A stretch of DNA of 63,939 bases, counting the filler, from Barthelona sp. PAP020 (taxonomy: Eukaryota): the NCBI GenBank assembly GCA_040182905.1. It is 3 parts of 3 records of this genome, joined end to end, with 100 filler letters (N's around TTAATTAATTAA, not from the genome) between each part and the next. Parts side by side here need not be neighbours in the genome. Positions count along the whole stretch, not along the records: positions 1 to 23,294 come from JARQWU010000167.1; 2 more parts are not named here. One strand, given 5' to 3'. The position numbers and the translations under genes are program-made. Numbering within the stretch: position 1 is the first letter of the stretch; each line of letters begins with the position of its first letter. Positions 9,407-19,844 of the stretch are shown piece after piece. The notes under the pieces were generated by a model. The model saw only the letters and a program-made list of their open reading frames with translations. It was not told where the DNA came from and did no database searches.

Positions 9407-11374
9407 TTATTTAGCAAATACAATGTTTGAAAGCTTATTTGAATGTTTGTTCTTTGACTTTTTACGTGGGGTAACCAAAAATGATTTTAATTTTCCCTTT
9501 TTTGAAGGAGGTGCAATCAAGCCTAATTCTCTTTGTTTTGGAGAGCTTAATGGTCTTGGAGATGTGTTTGAAGACAGCTCATAATTCAAATTGAAAGGAG
9601 AATCATGAAGTAAAGGAGAAATTGAACCTGCACCTCGAACTTTTGTTGTATCACGTGATTCGTATAGTATTGGAGAATTTGATGATAATACTTGAACTTT
9701 AGATGAATCTTGTGAATCATGAATCTCTCGAGGAGACAAAGGAATAAAAGTACGAGGAGAATTTTGCTCAAAAAGGGGAGATTTCAAATCCATTTGTTTT
9801 TGATCATATCCTCTTCTAATTGGACTAATTGGACTCAAAACAGAATTACTTTCCATTTTTGCTGAAGAAAACAGGTCCTGATCTGGAGTTCGAGGATATT
9901 TGACAGAAGGACGAAGAACAGATGATTCACCACTTGTGTCAGAAGAAATGGCAGGGCTTTTCAATCCATTTGGCGAAAATAATGAATCGAGAGTTGTTCT
10001 TGCTGATTCTGTGTCTGGATTATAATCATGACTTGTTCTCATGCGGTCGTGATTGTTCTGTTCAATGAACTGAACTTCATCTGACTTTTGACTCTGAGTT
10101 TCTTTACACTCATCATCTTCATCAACGTCTGTCTCAACAATTTCACTTTTCGAAACAACAGAAGCAGAAGAAATAAAGTTTAAAAAATCTGAGAATTCAA
10201 ATTTTTTTTCCAAAAACATATCAGAAGCAATCCAACTCAAGTATTTCCTCAATGAATCAGGAAAACTCGAAGGGAACCAGGAACTCCAATCAGAAAAAAA
10301 TTTGGCTATCTTGTGGTCAAGCTTTTTATTGTGAACCAAACTCCACTTAAAATTTTGAAACGGAAAGTTAAAAATCAGAAGTAACATGTAAGTTAAAACA
10401 TAAAAGCCACAATCAGTTGAATTGCTTTGCAAAGGTATATGTGGTGAACTCCCAACAATGGGTTGTTCTAGATCATTTTTAAATCTTCTTTTAAATTCAA
10501 ATTGTATCAACGTACGACACATTCGGATGTCATGTCGACGCATAACACCCATCGAATCTAACGCTAATATTGTGGGTTGAAAATCTGGATGGAAATTCTG
10601 ATCTGCAAAACGCTTTCCAGCATTGGCAACTGCTTGATTTTGATGAAATAAAGGTAAACCAATCAGAACAATTAACGACCAGTGCATACTCTTAAAAACT
10701 GGTAAAAATACGTAGAAACTTTCGAAAATATTGAACTTATTCAAATAGGTGATTAACTTATCAGAGCATTCGGTCATATTGGAATCTTTTATCTTTTTCC
10801 AGTCGGAACACAAAATTGGATAAAAGAAAGTGGAAAAATACCGTATCGTGCTTCTTTTATCTTCCATAGTAGATATATAGAAAGAATAGTCTAATTGCTT
10901 TGTTAAATGACTGTATGGTTTATCTTGTTCTTTCAATTCAATAAAATACTTGTGAAATTCATCATGTTTTTCAATGAAAAAATTCATAAAATAATTAACA
11001 ACTTTATCATTTAAATATAAAGACGGTGTCAATCTCAACAAATCATCAACAGTCAAAAAATGTTTGTTTTGACTATTCTGAATAATTCGGAAATTTTTGT
11101 GAATTGTTTTATTTTCAATTAAGATATACAATCGTTTAATAAAAATTGGAGTTTGTTTCCAATTCTCTGAATAATCAATTAAGGTATCAATACTATTTTC
11201 TTGATTGGTCAAACGTTTTTCATAAAATGCAGGTATTTCTGTGTTTTCATCAACTTTAATTTTTTCAATATCAATATTTTCTGATGATTTTGATTCAACA
11301 AAAGTTTCATCTTCAGAATCTATGATGACAACATCTTCATCAAAATCATCATTGTTATCTTTCATTTGCATCAT
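9407..11374 (-). CDS. Ulp1/SENP-family (C48) SUMO protease
   Basis: YLNDKVVNYF, YFSTFFY, HWSL, ALDSM, QSNSTDCG catalytic His-Asp-Cys; S/P-rich disordered tail (Ulp2/SENP6-7-like). Confidence 0.9.
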   Translation of the reverse strand: MMQMKDNNDDFDEDVVIIDSEDETFVESKSSENIDIEKIKVDENTEIPAFYEKRLTNQENSIDTLIDYSENWKQTPIFIKRLYILIENKTIHKNFRIIQNSQNKHFLTVDDLLRLTPSLYLNDKVVNYFMNFFIEKHDEFHKYFIELKEQDKPYSHLTKQLDYSFYISTMEDKRSTIRYFSTFFYPILCSDWKKIKDSNMTECSDKLITYLNKFNIFESFYVFLPVFKSMHWSLIVLIGLPLFHQNQAVANAGKRFADQNFHPDFQPTILALDSMGVMRRHDIRMCRTLIQFEFKRRFKNDLEQPIVGSSPHIPLQSNSTDCGFYVLTYMLLLIFNFPFQNFKWSLVHNKKLDHKIAKFFSDWSSWFPSSFPDSLRKYLSWIASDMFLEKKFEFSDFLNFISSASVVSKSEIVETDVDEDDECKETQSQKSDEVQFIEQNNHDRMRTSHDYNPDTESARTTLDSLFSPNGLKSPAISSDTSGESSVLRPSVKYPRTPDQDLFSSAKMESNSVLSPISPIRRGYDQKQMDLKSPLFEQNSPRTFIPLSPREIHDSQDSSKVQVLSSNSPILYESRDTTKVRGAGSISPLLHDSPFNLNYELSSNTSPRPLSSPKQRELGLIAPPSKKGKLKSFLVTPRKKSKNKHSNKLSNIVFAK

Positions 11375-11645
11375 ACTTTGTTCATTTTAACAGGTTTTTT
11401 AAACTTCTTTAACCTTGAAACATCAAATAAATTTTTTTCAAAGTCTTTTTTTCAAGTGAAAATTCAGAAATTTTTGAGAATTTCTTTATTATTTACGACA
11501 AACAGTAACAATTTATAACCAAAGTTCAATATTAAAGTCAATTTGTTGATGTGATTTTGTGATTTAGTTGACAGCATTTAGTTGACTGTTAATTTAGTTT
11601 TATAACTCTTAAATTACTTTTTTCTCTCTTTTAAACTAACAAAAA

Positions 11646-13217
11646 ATGACGAAACGCATTGGTATGGAATTTATTGTCAATGAAGATCATACATTGACTT
11701 TATATCAGAACGAATATGAAGTTTCTAGAATTCCTTTGACTTCAAGAAACATTAAATGTACCTTTAAAGACAGGCCTTTGTCTGTATCTTTCAATGAAAT
11801 TGATGGTGTTGAAGTATTAACCCTATTTAATTCTCATTCAATGTTAGATTATTGGGCCATTAAGGGAGAACCTGTTTTGTATGCACCATTACCTGTGAAA
11901 GCTCCTTCTTTTGTTTGTTGCACTGAAGACACCCTTATGCGATTCAAATGTGGTCGTCAATTGCCTATGTGTCATTGTCCCAAGATTGGGAATATCATCA
12001 GTCTTGAAGCCAATGCTCATCATATTATAATTTCTGATGGAATTACTCAGATCACGTACAGTCATGATTTGACGGTGTTATCACAAAGACGATATGAAGG
12101 TGCAATAAAAGTTTTTCCTTTGGATGAAGACGAATTCATCTGTATGAAAGATGATGGAATTGAGAGATTTAGTGAGTCAAATGATCGTATTGAAGTATAT
12201 GAGCGTATGGTAGAGTTTGATTTGATTCAAATATCACCAAATGAACAATACATGTTATTGAATGAGTGTGGACGAATATATATTAGATCTACACGTGATT
12301 TTAGCATAGTAGAAGAGGTTTGCGGAGCTACAAATAACATGGGATTCCTTGGCAATGATTATATCATTATTTTAACTGAAAGACACAGTTGCATCAAAGA
12401 TTGGAGATCGAAGAAGTGTGTATGGTCTAGTAAGTTACAATTTGAGCAATTTTGTGGAGATTTACGAGAAAATGCAATTCTATTTGGCAAAGAAATATCT
12501 TTGGAAAAAAGAATAATCAGAGAAACATCTTCAAAATTCAATGCAACTGAAACAAATGAAAATTGTGAATGTTGGTTAAGTATTGCGGATAATTTTTATG
12601 TAGCCGTTGATTGGGACAATTTAGATCTGTTGAAATACAAAGATATTGCTTGTGATTGGCCTTCATGTGAAGATTATTCAATTGTTATGACTAAAAACTC
12701 ATATTATGTCAAAAACGCGAATCAAACATGGTCCGCCATTCAAAATGTCGAAGATATTTTGGAACTGTCTAAAATTGATCACAAGTTCTTTTGTTTGAAT
12801 GATAGAAACTTTGCAGCAATGCGCTTCGGCAACGAGTGGATTGTTTTCAACAATAGAATGGATTTTGTCTTAAAATCAAATCTTGATTTGAAAAGAGTCA
12901 TGAAAAAAATGTTCTGCCCAGTGGTTTTCAATAAAGTGGACCATTTGTTGCTTGAATTAAAGAAAAACCAATTGATCAAAAGACAGCAAGATTTTATGAA
13001 TCTGATAAAAGAATTAATTGTCACCAAGAATCTTTCAGTTCATCAACAATTGGAACAAACTCAAGAGGAAATTAAAAATTTGGAAAAACAACTTCAAACT
13101 TCTCATTTTCAAGTTGAAAAAAATATCGTTCAAAAAAATAAAGCTCATTACAAGCCTAAAAATCTTGTGAATCAACCAAGAAAACATGGCCATCTCACTT
13201 ATAGACCTAATCAATAA
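11646..13217 (+). CDS. Hypothetical protein, degenerate beta-propeller plus C-terminal coiled coil
   Basis: 523-aa ORF; beta-rich WD-like segments (IQISPNEQYMLL); family not recognised. Confidence 0.55.
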   Translation: MTKRIGMEFIVNEDHTLTLYQNEYEVSRIPLTSRNIKCTFKDRPLSVSFNEIDGVEVLTLFNSHSMLDYWAIKGEPVLYAPLPVKAPSFVCCTEDTLMRFKCGRQLPMCHCPKIGNIISLEANAHHIIISDGITQITYSHDLTVLSQRRYEGAIKVFPLDEDEFICMKDDGIERFSESNDRIEVYERMVEFDLIQISPNEQYMLLNECGRIYIRSTRDFSIVEEVCGATNNMGFLGNDYIIILTERHSCIKDWRSKKCVWSSKLQFEQFCGDLRENAILFGKEISLEKRIIRETSSKFNATETNENCECWLSIADNFYVAVDWDNLDLLKYKDIACDWPSCEDYSIVMTKNSYYVKNANQTWSAIQNVEDILELSKIDHKFFCLNDRNFAAMRFGNEWIVFNNRMDFVLKSNLDLKRVMKKMFCPVVFNKVDHLLLELKKNQLIKRQQDFMNLIKELIVTKNLSVHQQLEQTQEEIKNLEKQLQTSHFQVEKNIVQKNKAHYKPKNLVNQPRKHGHLTYRPNQ

Positions 13218-13424
13218 TTAAATAGCCAGTATTCTGAAAATAAAATATTATTGTGTAAAGTGTGCCTTTTGAAAGGAAAAAAAATTTTTTTTTGGTTGTA
13301 GTGTTAAATATTTAAAAATTTATAAAAAAATATCAAAGATTGAGGGTTGAAAGTGTCGGAGATAAAGAGAATTAAAAAAGGTTCATCTCTTTTTTCTCAA
13401 TATTTCAATTTTTATTTATCTTCA

Positions 13425-15242
13425 ATGGTTGACGAATTTACAGTCGGAGAAATTTTCAGTGTTTCTGGACCTGTTGTTGTTGCAGATAATCTTTGGGGTG
13501 CAGGAATGCATGAAGTTGTTAAAGTTGGACATGACCAATTAATTGGTGAAATCATTAAATTGACTGGTGCATCTGCTACTATTCAAGTTTATGAAGAAAC
13601 TTCTGGTTTAACTGTTGGAGATCCAGTTTTTAGAACAGGTTTACCATTATCCGTTGAATTAGGACCTGGTTTATTGGGTAATATTTTTGATGGTATCATG
13701 AACCCTTTAGATGATGTTCAAGATTTATGTAAGAGTGTTTTTATTCCAAAAGGTGTTCAATTGGCGACTTTGGACAGAAATTTCAAATGGTTTTTCCATC
13801 ATCAATCTATAACTGTTGGAGATGTTGTGTCTACAGGTGATGCTTATGGTTGGGTTCAAGAAACTGCCTTAGTTAAACATTTCATCATGATTCCTCCCGA
13901 TGTCTCTGGGACAGTTACGTACATTGCTCCTGAAGGAGAATATACAGTTGATGAAATAATGTTGAGACTTAAAACACCTACTGGAGAAGAAAAAGAATTG
14001 AAAATGTATCACTTATGGCCTGTCAGACATCCCAGACCCATTAAAGATACTTTGGTCGTTCATGAACCTTTATTAACTGGACAGCGTGTTTTAGATGCAT
14101 TATTCCCTGTTGCTCAAGGTGGTACTTGTTGTATTCCAGGAGCTTTTGGTTGTGGAAAAACAGTTATTTCACATGCAGTTGCCAAGCATTCAAATGCTGA
14201 TGTTATTATTTCTTGTATGATCGGAGAACGTGGTAATGAAGTTGCAGAAGCTCTCATGGAATTCCCTCATTTAACAATGAGAGTTGGAGATGGTGATGAA
14301 GTTTCTATTATGGAACGTACTGTCGTTATTGCTAACACATCAAATATGGCTGTTGCTGCTCGTGAATCTTCCATTTTCGTCGCTGCTACTGTTGCAGAGT
14401 ATTATCGTGATATGGGTTATTCCGTGGCTATGATGGGTGATTCTTCATCTCGTTGGGCAGAAGCATTGAGAGAAATCTCTGGTCGTTTGGCTGAAATGCC
14501 TGCCGATGGTGGTTATCCTGCATATCTTGCCACCAGATTACATTCTTTTTATGAACGTGCGGGAAGAGCAGCTATGTTGGGTACACCTGCAAGAGAAGGT
14601 TGTGTTACCTTTATTAATGCCGTTAGTCCTCCTGGCGGTGACTTTTCAGAACCTGTAACAACTGCAACATTGGCAATTGTACAGAATTTTTGGGCTTTAG
14701 ATAAGAAATTAGCACAAAGAAAGCATTTCCCTGCAATCAATTGGTTAAAATCATATTCAAAAGCAGAAGCTACCTTATTGCCTCAATTCAATGAAAAGTA
14801 TCCAGATTATGAGGATGTTATCTCAAAAACCAGAAATATTTTGCAAAAAGAAGATGCTTTGCAAGCAACTGTTACTGTTATTGGTAAGGATGCAATTGCT
14901 GAATCTGATAAAGTGGTTTTAGAAGCTGCTTTGATGATAAAGGAAGATTTCTTACAACAGAACAGTTTTACGCCAAACGATTGTACATGTCCTTTCTATA
15001 AGACATATCACATGCTTAGAAACATTATTCACTGGTATGACTTAGCAAAGAATCTCATTAGAACCAACAAGGATATGACAGTCCAAATGATTAAACATCA
15101 ACAAGAAGAAATTATGGATAGCATTGCCAGACAAAAGTATACTGATCCATATGGTGATGAAGAAGAAAACTGTAGATATTATTTGGACTTGTTTGATCAA
15201 ATTACTGAAGTCTTTAGAGCTATCGAACATCATCTTGAGTAA
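13425..15242 (+). CDS. ATP6V1A: V-type ATPase catalytic subunit A (divergent)
   Basis: VSGPVVVA, QVYEETSG, GAFGCGKT P-loop, GERGNE, SRWAEALREISGRL.EMPADGGYPAYL; ATG at 13425; no intein. Confidence 0.96.
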   Translation: MVDEFTVGEIFSVSGPVVVADNLWGAGMHEVVKVGHDQLIGEIIKLTGASATIQVYEETSGLTVGDPVFRTGLPLSVELGPGLLGNIFDGIMNPLDDVQDLCKSVFIPKGVQLATLDRNFKWFFHHQSITVGDVVSTGDAYGWVQETALVKHFIMIPPDVSGTVTYIAPEGEYTVDEIMLRLKTPTGEEKELKMYHLWPVRHPRPIKDTLVVHEPLLTGQRVLDALFPVAQGGTCCIPGAFGCGKTVISHAVAKHSNADVIISCMIGERGNEVAEALMEFPHLTMRVGDGDEVSIMERTVVIANTSNMAVAARESSIFVAATVAEYYRDMGYSVAMMGDSSSRWAEALREISGRLAEMPADGGYPAYLATRLHSFYERAGRAAMLGTPAREGCVTFINAVSPPGGDFSEPVTTATLAIVQNFWALDKKLAQRKHFPAINWLKSYSKAEATLLPQFNEKYPDYEDVISKTRNILQKEDALQATVTVIGKDAIAESDKVVLEAALMIKEDFLQQNSFTPNDCTCPFYKTYHMLRNIIHWYDLAKNLIRTNKDMTVQMIKHQQEEIMDSIARQKYTDPYGDEEENCRYYLDLFDQITEVFRAIEHHLE

Positions 15243-15544
15243 ATTTGAGTGGACAAAAACGTTATTGTCTTGTTTTTTTTTGTGGCTGTCAGGCTTATAT
15301 GTTATGATGACAATGAAGCAAAAACGAAAAAAAAATTGCCCTTCAAAGGATGATTCTTCAATTATTCCTTTATTCTTGTTCTTTTAAACAAAATTCAAAA
15401 GAATATGGGAGATAAAAAGTTTAGAAGAAAAAGTGAATGGAACAAAAGAACAAAAAAATTCTCTTTTTTTAGTCATAAAAGTTTTCAAAGTTTTTAAAAA
15501 GAAAATAAAATACAAATTTATGCCTGATTTTTTTCTGCTGATCA

Positions 15545-16843
15545 TTAATCAAGATCTGTTTCCTCTTCATCTTCCACAAAATTATTCTCTTTCAAATAAT
15601 TGAACAACTTGAATAAAATATTAAACCCTAAAAAGCCATCACCACTTGAATGAACATCGACATTAACATATTGATTGCTTCTTACCATTGAAAAGCAACA
15701 TATGGTCAAAGTAGCTGAAGTTTGATAATTCTTTGTGATTTCATCTACAAATATCACCGCAGTGTCAAACACATCATCTATTTCAAATTTGATTCGCAAT
15801 GAGGAATCACGTTCACACATTACACTCCTGAACATGTATAACTGCTTTATGAAATTATTGTAAGATAGAATAACTCTGTAAGTCATCGGGATGGCAAATT
15901 GAGTTTTCGTTTTCAATTTAGTTAACATTTTCAGAGCAAACAATGATGCGAGATTTGGTTTGGGACAATTTACTGTTGAATTGGTGGTAATCATAGGTAA
16001 GAAAGAGTTTTCACTTTTAGATGAAGATACTTCTGTGTTGCTTTGTAACCAGGGGTGATTCAACATTTGCTTGATGGTAAATCGTTCGTTACTGTCGATA
16101 ACCAGTACGTTTCGCAAAAAATCTTGACATGATAAACTGATGTTATCAGGCATTATATATTTATGCTTTTGATAATCAATAAAATTCTTATACGGAGACT
16201 TCCCTAGCAAAATTATCAATAATACTATCCCCAAAGTCCAAATATCAACAGCAAAAGCATTATACTCAACTATTTGACCATATTGGATAGCAAACATCTC
16301 AGGGCTTAAATAATCCTTGCTCCCAGTAAAGGTTTGAGCTAAGTTAGCATCATCATTTTGTTCAAACATTTTTCCAAACCCTAAATCGGCAATCTTCGGC
16401 TCCAAATCCTTCGTCAATAATATATTTTCAGCCTTAATATCTCTATGTGCTATGTTTTTATCATGAAGATACTCAATAGCCTTACATATCTTAAAAAATA
16501 TAACTTTAGCTTCTTCCTCTTCAAATGGTTTGTTATGACGTTCATTCAAAATATACTGAAGCAAATCACCATGTTCAACATATTCTAACACTATATAAGA
16601 ATGATGTTTCGTTGAAAAATAATCATTAATTTTGACAATGTTTGGATGCTCCAATTCAAATAATAATTTAGCTTCCTCATCTTTAAAATTCTCATCTTTC
16701 AAAGAACATTTTATTGCATAATTAATCTGTGTTTCCTCATCATAAGCCAAAAAGACTTGACCTTGAGATCCTCCACCAATTCTTTTAAACGCTATATAAC
16801 TTTTGTCTTTACTTCTAATCCTCTTCTTTTTCGCTCTAACCAT
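15545..16843 (-). CDS. Ser/Thr protein kinase, CAMK group
   Basis: GGGSQG, YAIK, HRDIKAEN, DLG, YLSPE, DIWTLG, HPWL; first ATG at 16843. Confidence 0.9.
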   Translation of the reverse strand: MVRAKKKRIRSKDKSYIAFKRIGGGSQGQVFLAYDEETQINYAIKCSLKDENFKDEEAKLLFELEHPNIVKINDYFSTKHHSYIVLEYVEHGDLLQYILNERHNKPFEEEEAKVIFFKICKAIEYLHDKNIAHRDIKAENILLTKDLEPKIADLGFGKMFEQNDDANLAQTFTGSKDYLSPEMFAIQYGQIVEYNAFAVDIWTLGIVLLIILLGKSPYKNFIDYQKHKYIMPDNISLSCQDFLRNVLVIDSNERFTIKQMLNHPWLQSNTEVSSSKSENSFLPMITTNSTVNCPKPNLASLFALKMLTKLKTKTQFAIPMTYRVILSYNNFIKQLYMFRSVMCERDSSLRIKFEIDDVFDTAVIFVDEITKNYQTSATLTICCFSMVRSNQYVNVDVHSSGDGFLGFNILFKLFNYLKENNFVEDEEETDLD

Positions 16844-17152
16844 CAGATAATCTCGTAAAACAATTCCATCTTTTTGTTTAAAAAAATTATTATTGAAAAA
16901 ATATTTTGTTTTGAAATCGAAGAAATATTTTATTATTTTATTCAATCTTTTATTTAAAGTTTAAACTCATATTATAATAGGTGCATCTAATTTAAAAAAA
17001 GACTTTTTTATTATATTTGGTTCATTTTGTTTTGTTTTATTATCTAAACTAATTTTTTCAACAATTTATTGTAAATTTATATAATAAATGGTTTGTTAAA
17101 AATTATTTTTTGTTTTTTACATATTTTTTTTTTAATTGTTTAAAAGACGAAT

Positions 17153-18628
17153 ATGAAACACGAATATGGATATTTTTCTATTGTTAAGAAGGAAATAAAG
17201 CCGCATAGTGCAGGCTTACTCAAAGATTTTATACCCATCAAAAAAATATCATCAAAATCAAGTCAAAAGAATGAAACCGCAACTTTTTCGCAAAAGATTG
17301 ATGCGTATTTATATTTATTTTCAAACTTTAAAGAGCTTGCATATTGTTTTAACGATGAAATGGATCAAGAGTTTCTGGAAAACATTACATGTTGTCATTA
17401 TTCATATCTTAAAGGCCAAGGAAATGATAATTATTATAATATTCTTTTGAAAAATCCAAAGAATTTTGCTGTCAGTCATTTTCTTCTCACATTAGCATTT
17501 GCAGACACTTTAAACATGAAGAATGCCAATCACGATTATGTGAATTGGTTAATTGAAAAACAAGCAAAAAATTTCAGTTCTCAAATAGAGAATGGATATA
17601 ACGCTGCTTTGAAAGGAGATAAAACCCAACGTATCAAAGCAATGAATAGTTTGGGAAAACTTTTGAATTTTTTTGCCTTTACTCCTCTGATGACTTCGTC
17701 AAAAATTGATAGGACTCGTGTTTCTCATTATGTTAAACAAACTTTTGAGAATATAAATGAAAAGACCACAAAATTGAATCAAGAAACAATTTTTTTAGTG
17801 CCTGTACATGGAAATGCTCATTTGATTTCCAATTACTGTGTAAGTAATGGATTTTTGATGTTTTCAACAAGTATGGCTTTTCATTATATGAGAAGTGCAT
17901 TAAAAAGGCAATTAAATCGTATGATTGAGATTTTGAATGAGCAAAATCTCATTAATTTACGTACTTTTGACTTGATCAGACCTTGTTTACGTGCAATACC
18001 TATGTTTGCCTTAGGAACGAGAATGAAAACAACTGGAGGACAATGGGATGGAGATATTGAATCTTTAACAGCAGAAACTTGTCCTCCTTGTGTCTTTCAG
18101 ATGCTTCAATCATGTCGATATAAGAATACGCTCAAATATGAGGGCAGATCCCAGTTGTTTGGATTTCTCAAAGATATTGGCATATCAGTGGATGAAGCAA
18201 TTAGATTTGCTAAAAACACTATTGGACGAAGAAAACCACAAGAAATGGACCAATATGAATATTTTATCAAACATAAATATGGAAAAATTGGGTCGATGAT
18301 TAACTATCGAGCCCCCAGTTGTCGTGAACTTATTTTTTGTGAAAGACCAAAAGGTGAAGAAATTCATGGATGTCCTTTCAAACATTTGAACGAGAATAGT
18401 TTGAGCATTCTATTAAGGCAATATAATTTGGATTTCACGGGTATTCCTGAAATAATGACTAAATATAAAAATGGAGAGTTTCAACTAGCTTGTGGTCTTT
18501 TGTTGAAGCATGTAAATACTCTTGTTCGCAGTGATTTAGGCATTAATTCACCAATAGATTATATAAATGCAGTTGTTGAAGCTAAAAAAACTGCTCAAAA
18601 GGAAAACAATTTGGATATGGAACAATAA
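17153..18628 (+). CDS. PRIM2: DNA primase large subunit (Fe-S domain)
   Basis: CPPC..., LKYEGRSQLFGFLKDIG, HKYG..G..NY.APSC, HGCPF, FQLAC, NSP..Y: the four-Cys 4Fe-4S C-terminal domain; N-terminal half divergent. Confidence 0.9.
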   Translation: MKHEYGYFSIVKKEIKPHSAGLLKDFIPIKKISSKSSQKNETATFSQKIDAYLYLFSNFKELAYCFNDEMDQEFLENITCCHYSYLKGQGNDNYYNILLKNPKNFAVSHFLLTLAFADTLNMKNANHDYVNWLIEKQAKNFSSQIENGYNAALKGDKTQRIKAMNSLGKLLNFFAFTPLMTSSKIDRTRVSHYVKQTFENINEKTTKLNQETIFLVPVHGNAHLISNYCVSNGFLMFSTSMAFHYMRSALKRQLNRMIEILNEQNLINLRTFDLIRPCLRAIPMFALGTRMKTTGGQWDGDIESLTAETCPPCVFQMLQSCRYKNTLKYEGRSQLFGFLKDIGISVDEAIRFAKNTIGRRKPQEMDQYEYFIKHKYGKIGSMINYRAPSCRELIFCERPKGEEIHGCPFKHLNENSLSILLRQYNLDFTGIPEIMTKYKNGEFQLACGLLLKHVNTLVRSDLGINSPIDYINAVVEAKKTAQKENNLDMEQ

Positions 18629-18688
18629 AGTGTAATTTTTTATTTTTCTTCTTGTACGAACCTTTTCCAGAACTTTCCCAAATCAGAG

Positions 18689-19234
18689 ACTGGGAAACTC
18701 AGTTGACTAATAAATGATAAACCTTAATCTTTGTTCTTTTCGGGGGGTCCACCATTGCTGAAAGGGACCTCTTTTTTTTGAGACCTACTCTTTCAAAGGC
18801 TTTCGTGGGAGAGCTACGCCCTATGCGGGGTGTGAAATACTGCATTACTAATTGCTCAAAAGAGCCTAACGCTCAGATCTCTCTAAAATTTATTCTAATT
18901 GTGCAAGTTTTCTTGCATTCACCGTGGCAGGTCAAAAATTTGGGGGTAGGTTAAGGAAAAGTTCCGTACCTCGAGGGAAAAAGGAAGAATCGGAAAATTT
19001 TGATTGGCCAAAAATAATAGGTTTGTCAACAACGCTCATTTTTTTTTTTTTTCCCTTCCAGAAGCATGCAAAAGGAAGTAAACAAAAGAGAATAGGGCAT
19101 TTTCATTTTACACCTTTGAGTCACTTACTCTTTTGAGCACAAGGAATCAAGACTTTTTTGGTTTCTTTCTATTGTTAATAGTGGTTGATTTGCGGCCAGG
19201 TGGCGGGTGATTTAAACAGATGAGTTTTCCCAGT
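18689..19234 (+). ncRNA. Candidate large structured RNA, identity unknown (alternative: decayed foldback element)
   Basis: Nested complementary segments 18689-18701/19221-19234, 18853-18864/19128-19139 and 18925-18941/18994-19010, plus GC-rich hairpins with G-U pairs on the + strand; no credible ORF. Confidence 0.35.
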
Positions 19235-19844
19235 TTTTTGATGATGATTAAAAAAATAAATTTCTTGGACTAATTTTCATCCATCTTATCCATTTCTTAT
19301 CGTGGGAATAGAAACAAAAAGAATTAATAATAAATGATTTTGCTTTTATTTATTTCACTTGAAGGTTGTAACAAACAACCAAATTTAGAGATTTTCATTG
19401 AACAAGTGAAAAAAGAATCTTCAACAAAAGAAAAGTGAAGAGTTGATGAATACATAGAGCACTCCTGCAAGTTCAATTTATGAATCTCCTGAGTAGAAAT
19501 ATGTTAATACCATCACTACATCAACATATCTGTAAAATGAATTGGAACAACGTCTTTGGACAAAAATATTCGAACAAACAACATCACGATGAACAATAAC
19601 AATTTTGTGACATTTTCACAACGTTCAAATCAATATCGAAAGCAAAACTGTACGCATCAAATCGAAAAAGGAAATCTAAAGAAAGAAGAATTCATTGAAA
19701 TATTTTCCACAAACTAGTCTAATTTATCATCGAACTTCATTTTGATAACAACGAAATTAAAATAAAGACCAATTTGAGGAATAAATATCCAAAGAATCCA
19801 AAAAGATCTCTTTTTCATTTTCGTTTTTTTTTATTTCTCAGACA

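Noticed and set aside
13425..15242. VMA-type intein in V-ATPase A
   Set aside because: GERGNE region is continuous and the protein has normal length.
18925..18937. GCAGGTCAAAA matches human SRP RNA
   Set aside because: No helix-8 AGG-GNRA-AGCA context or Alu domain; probably a chance match.
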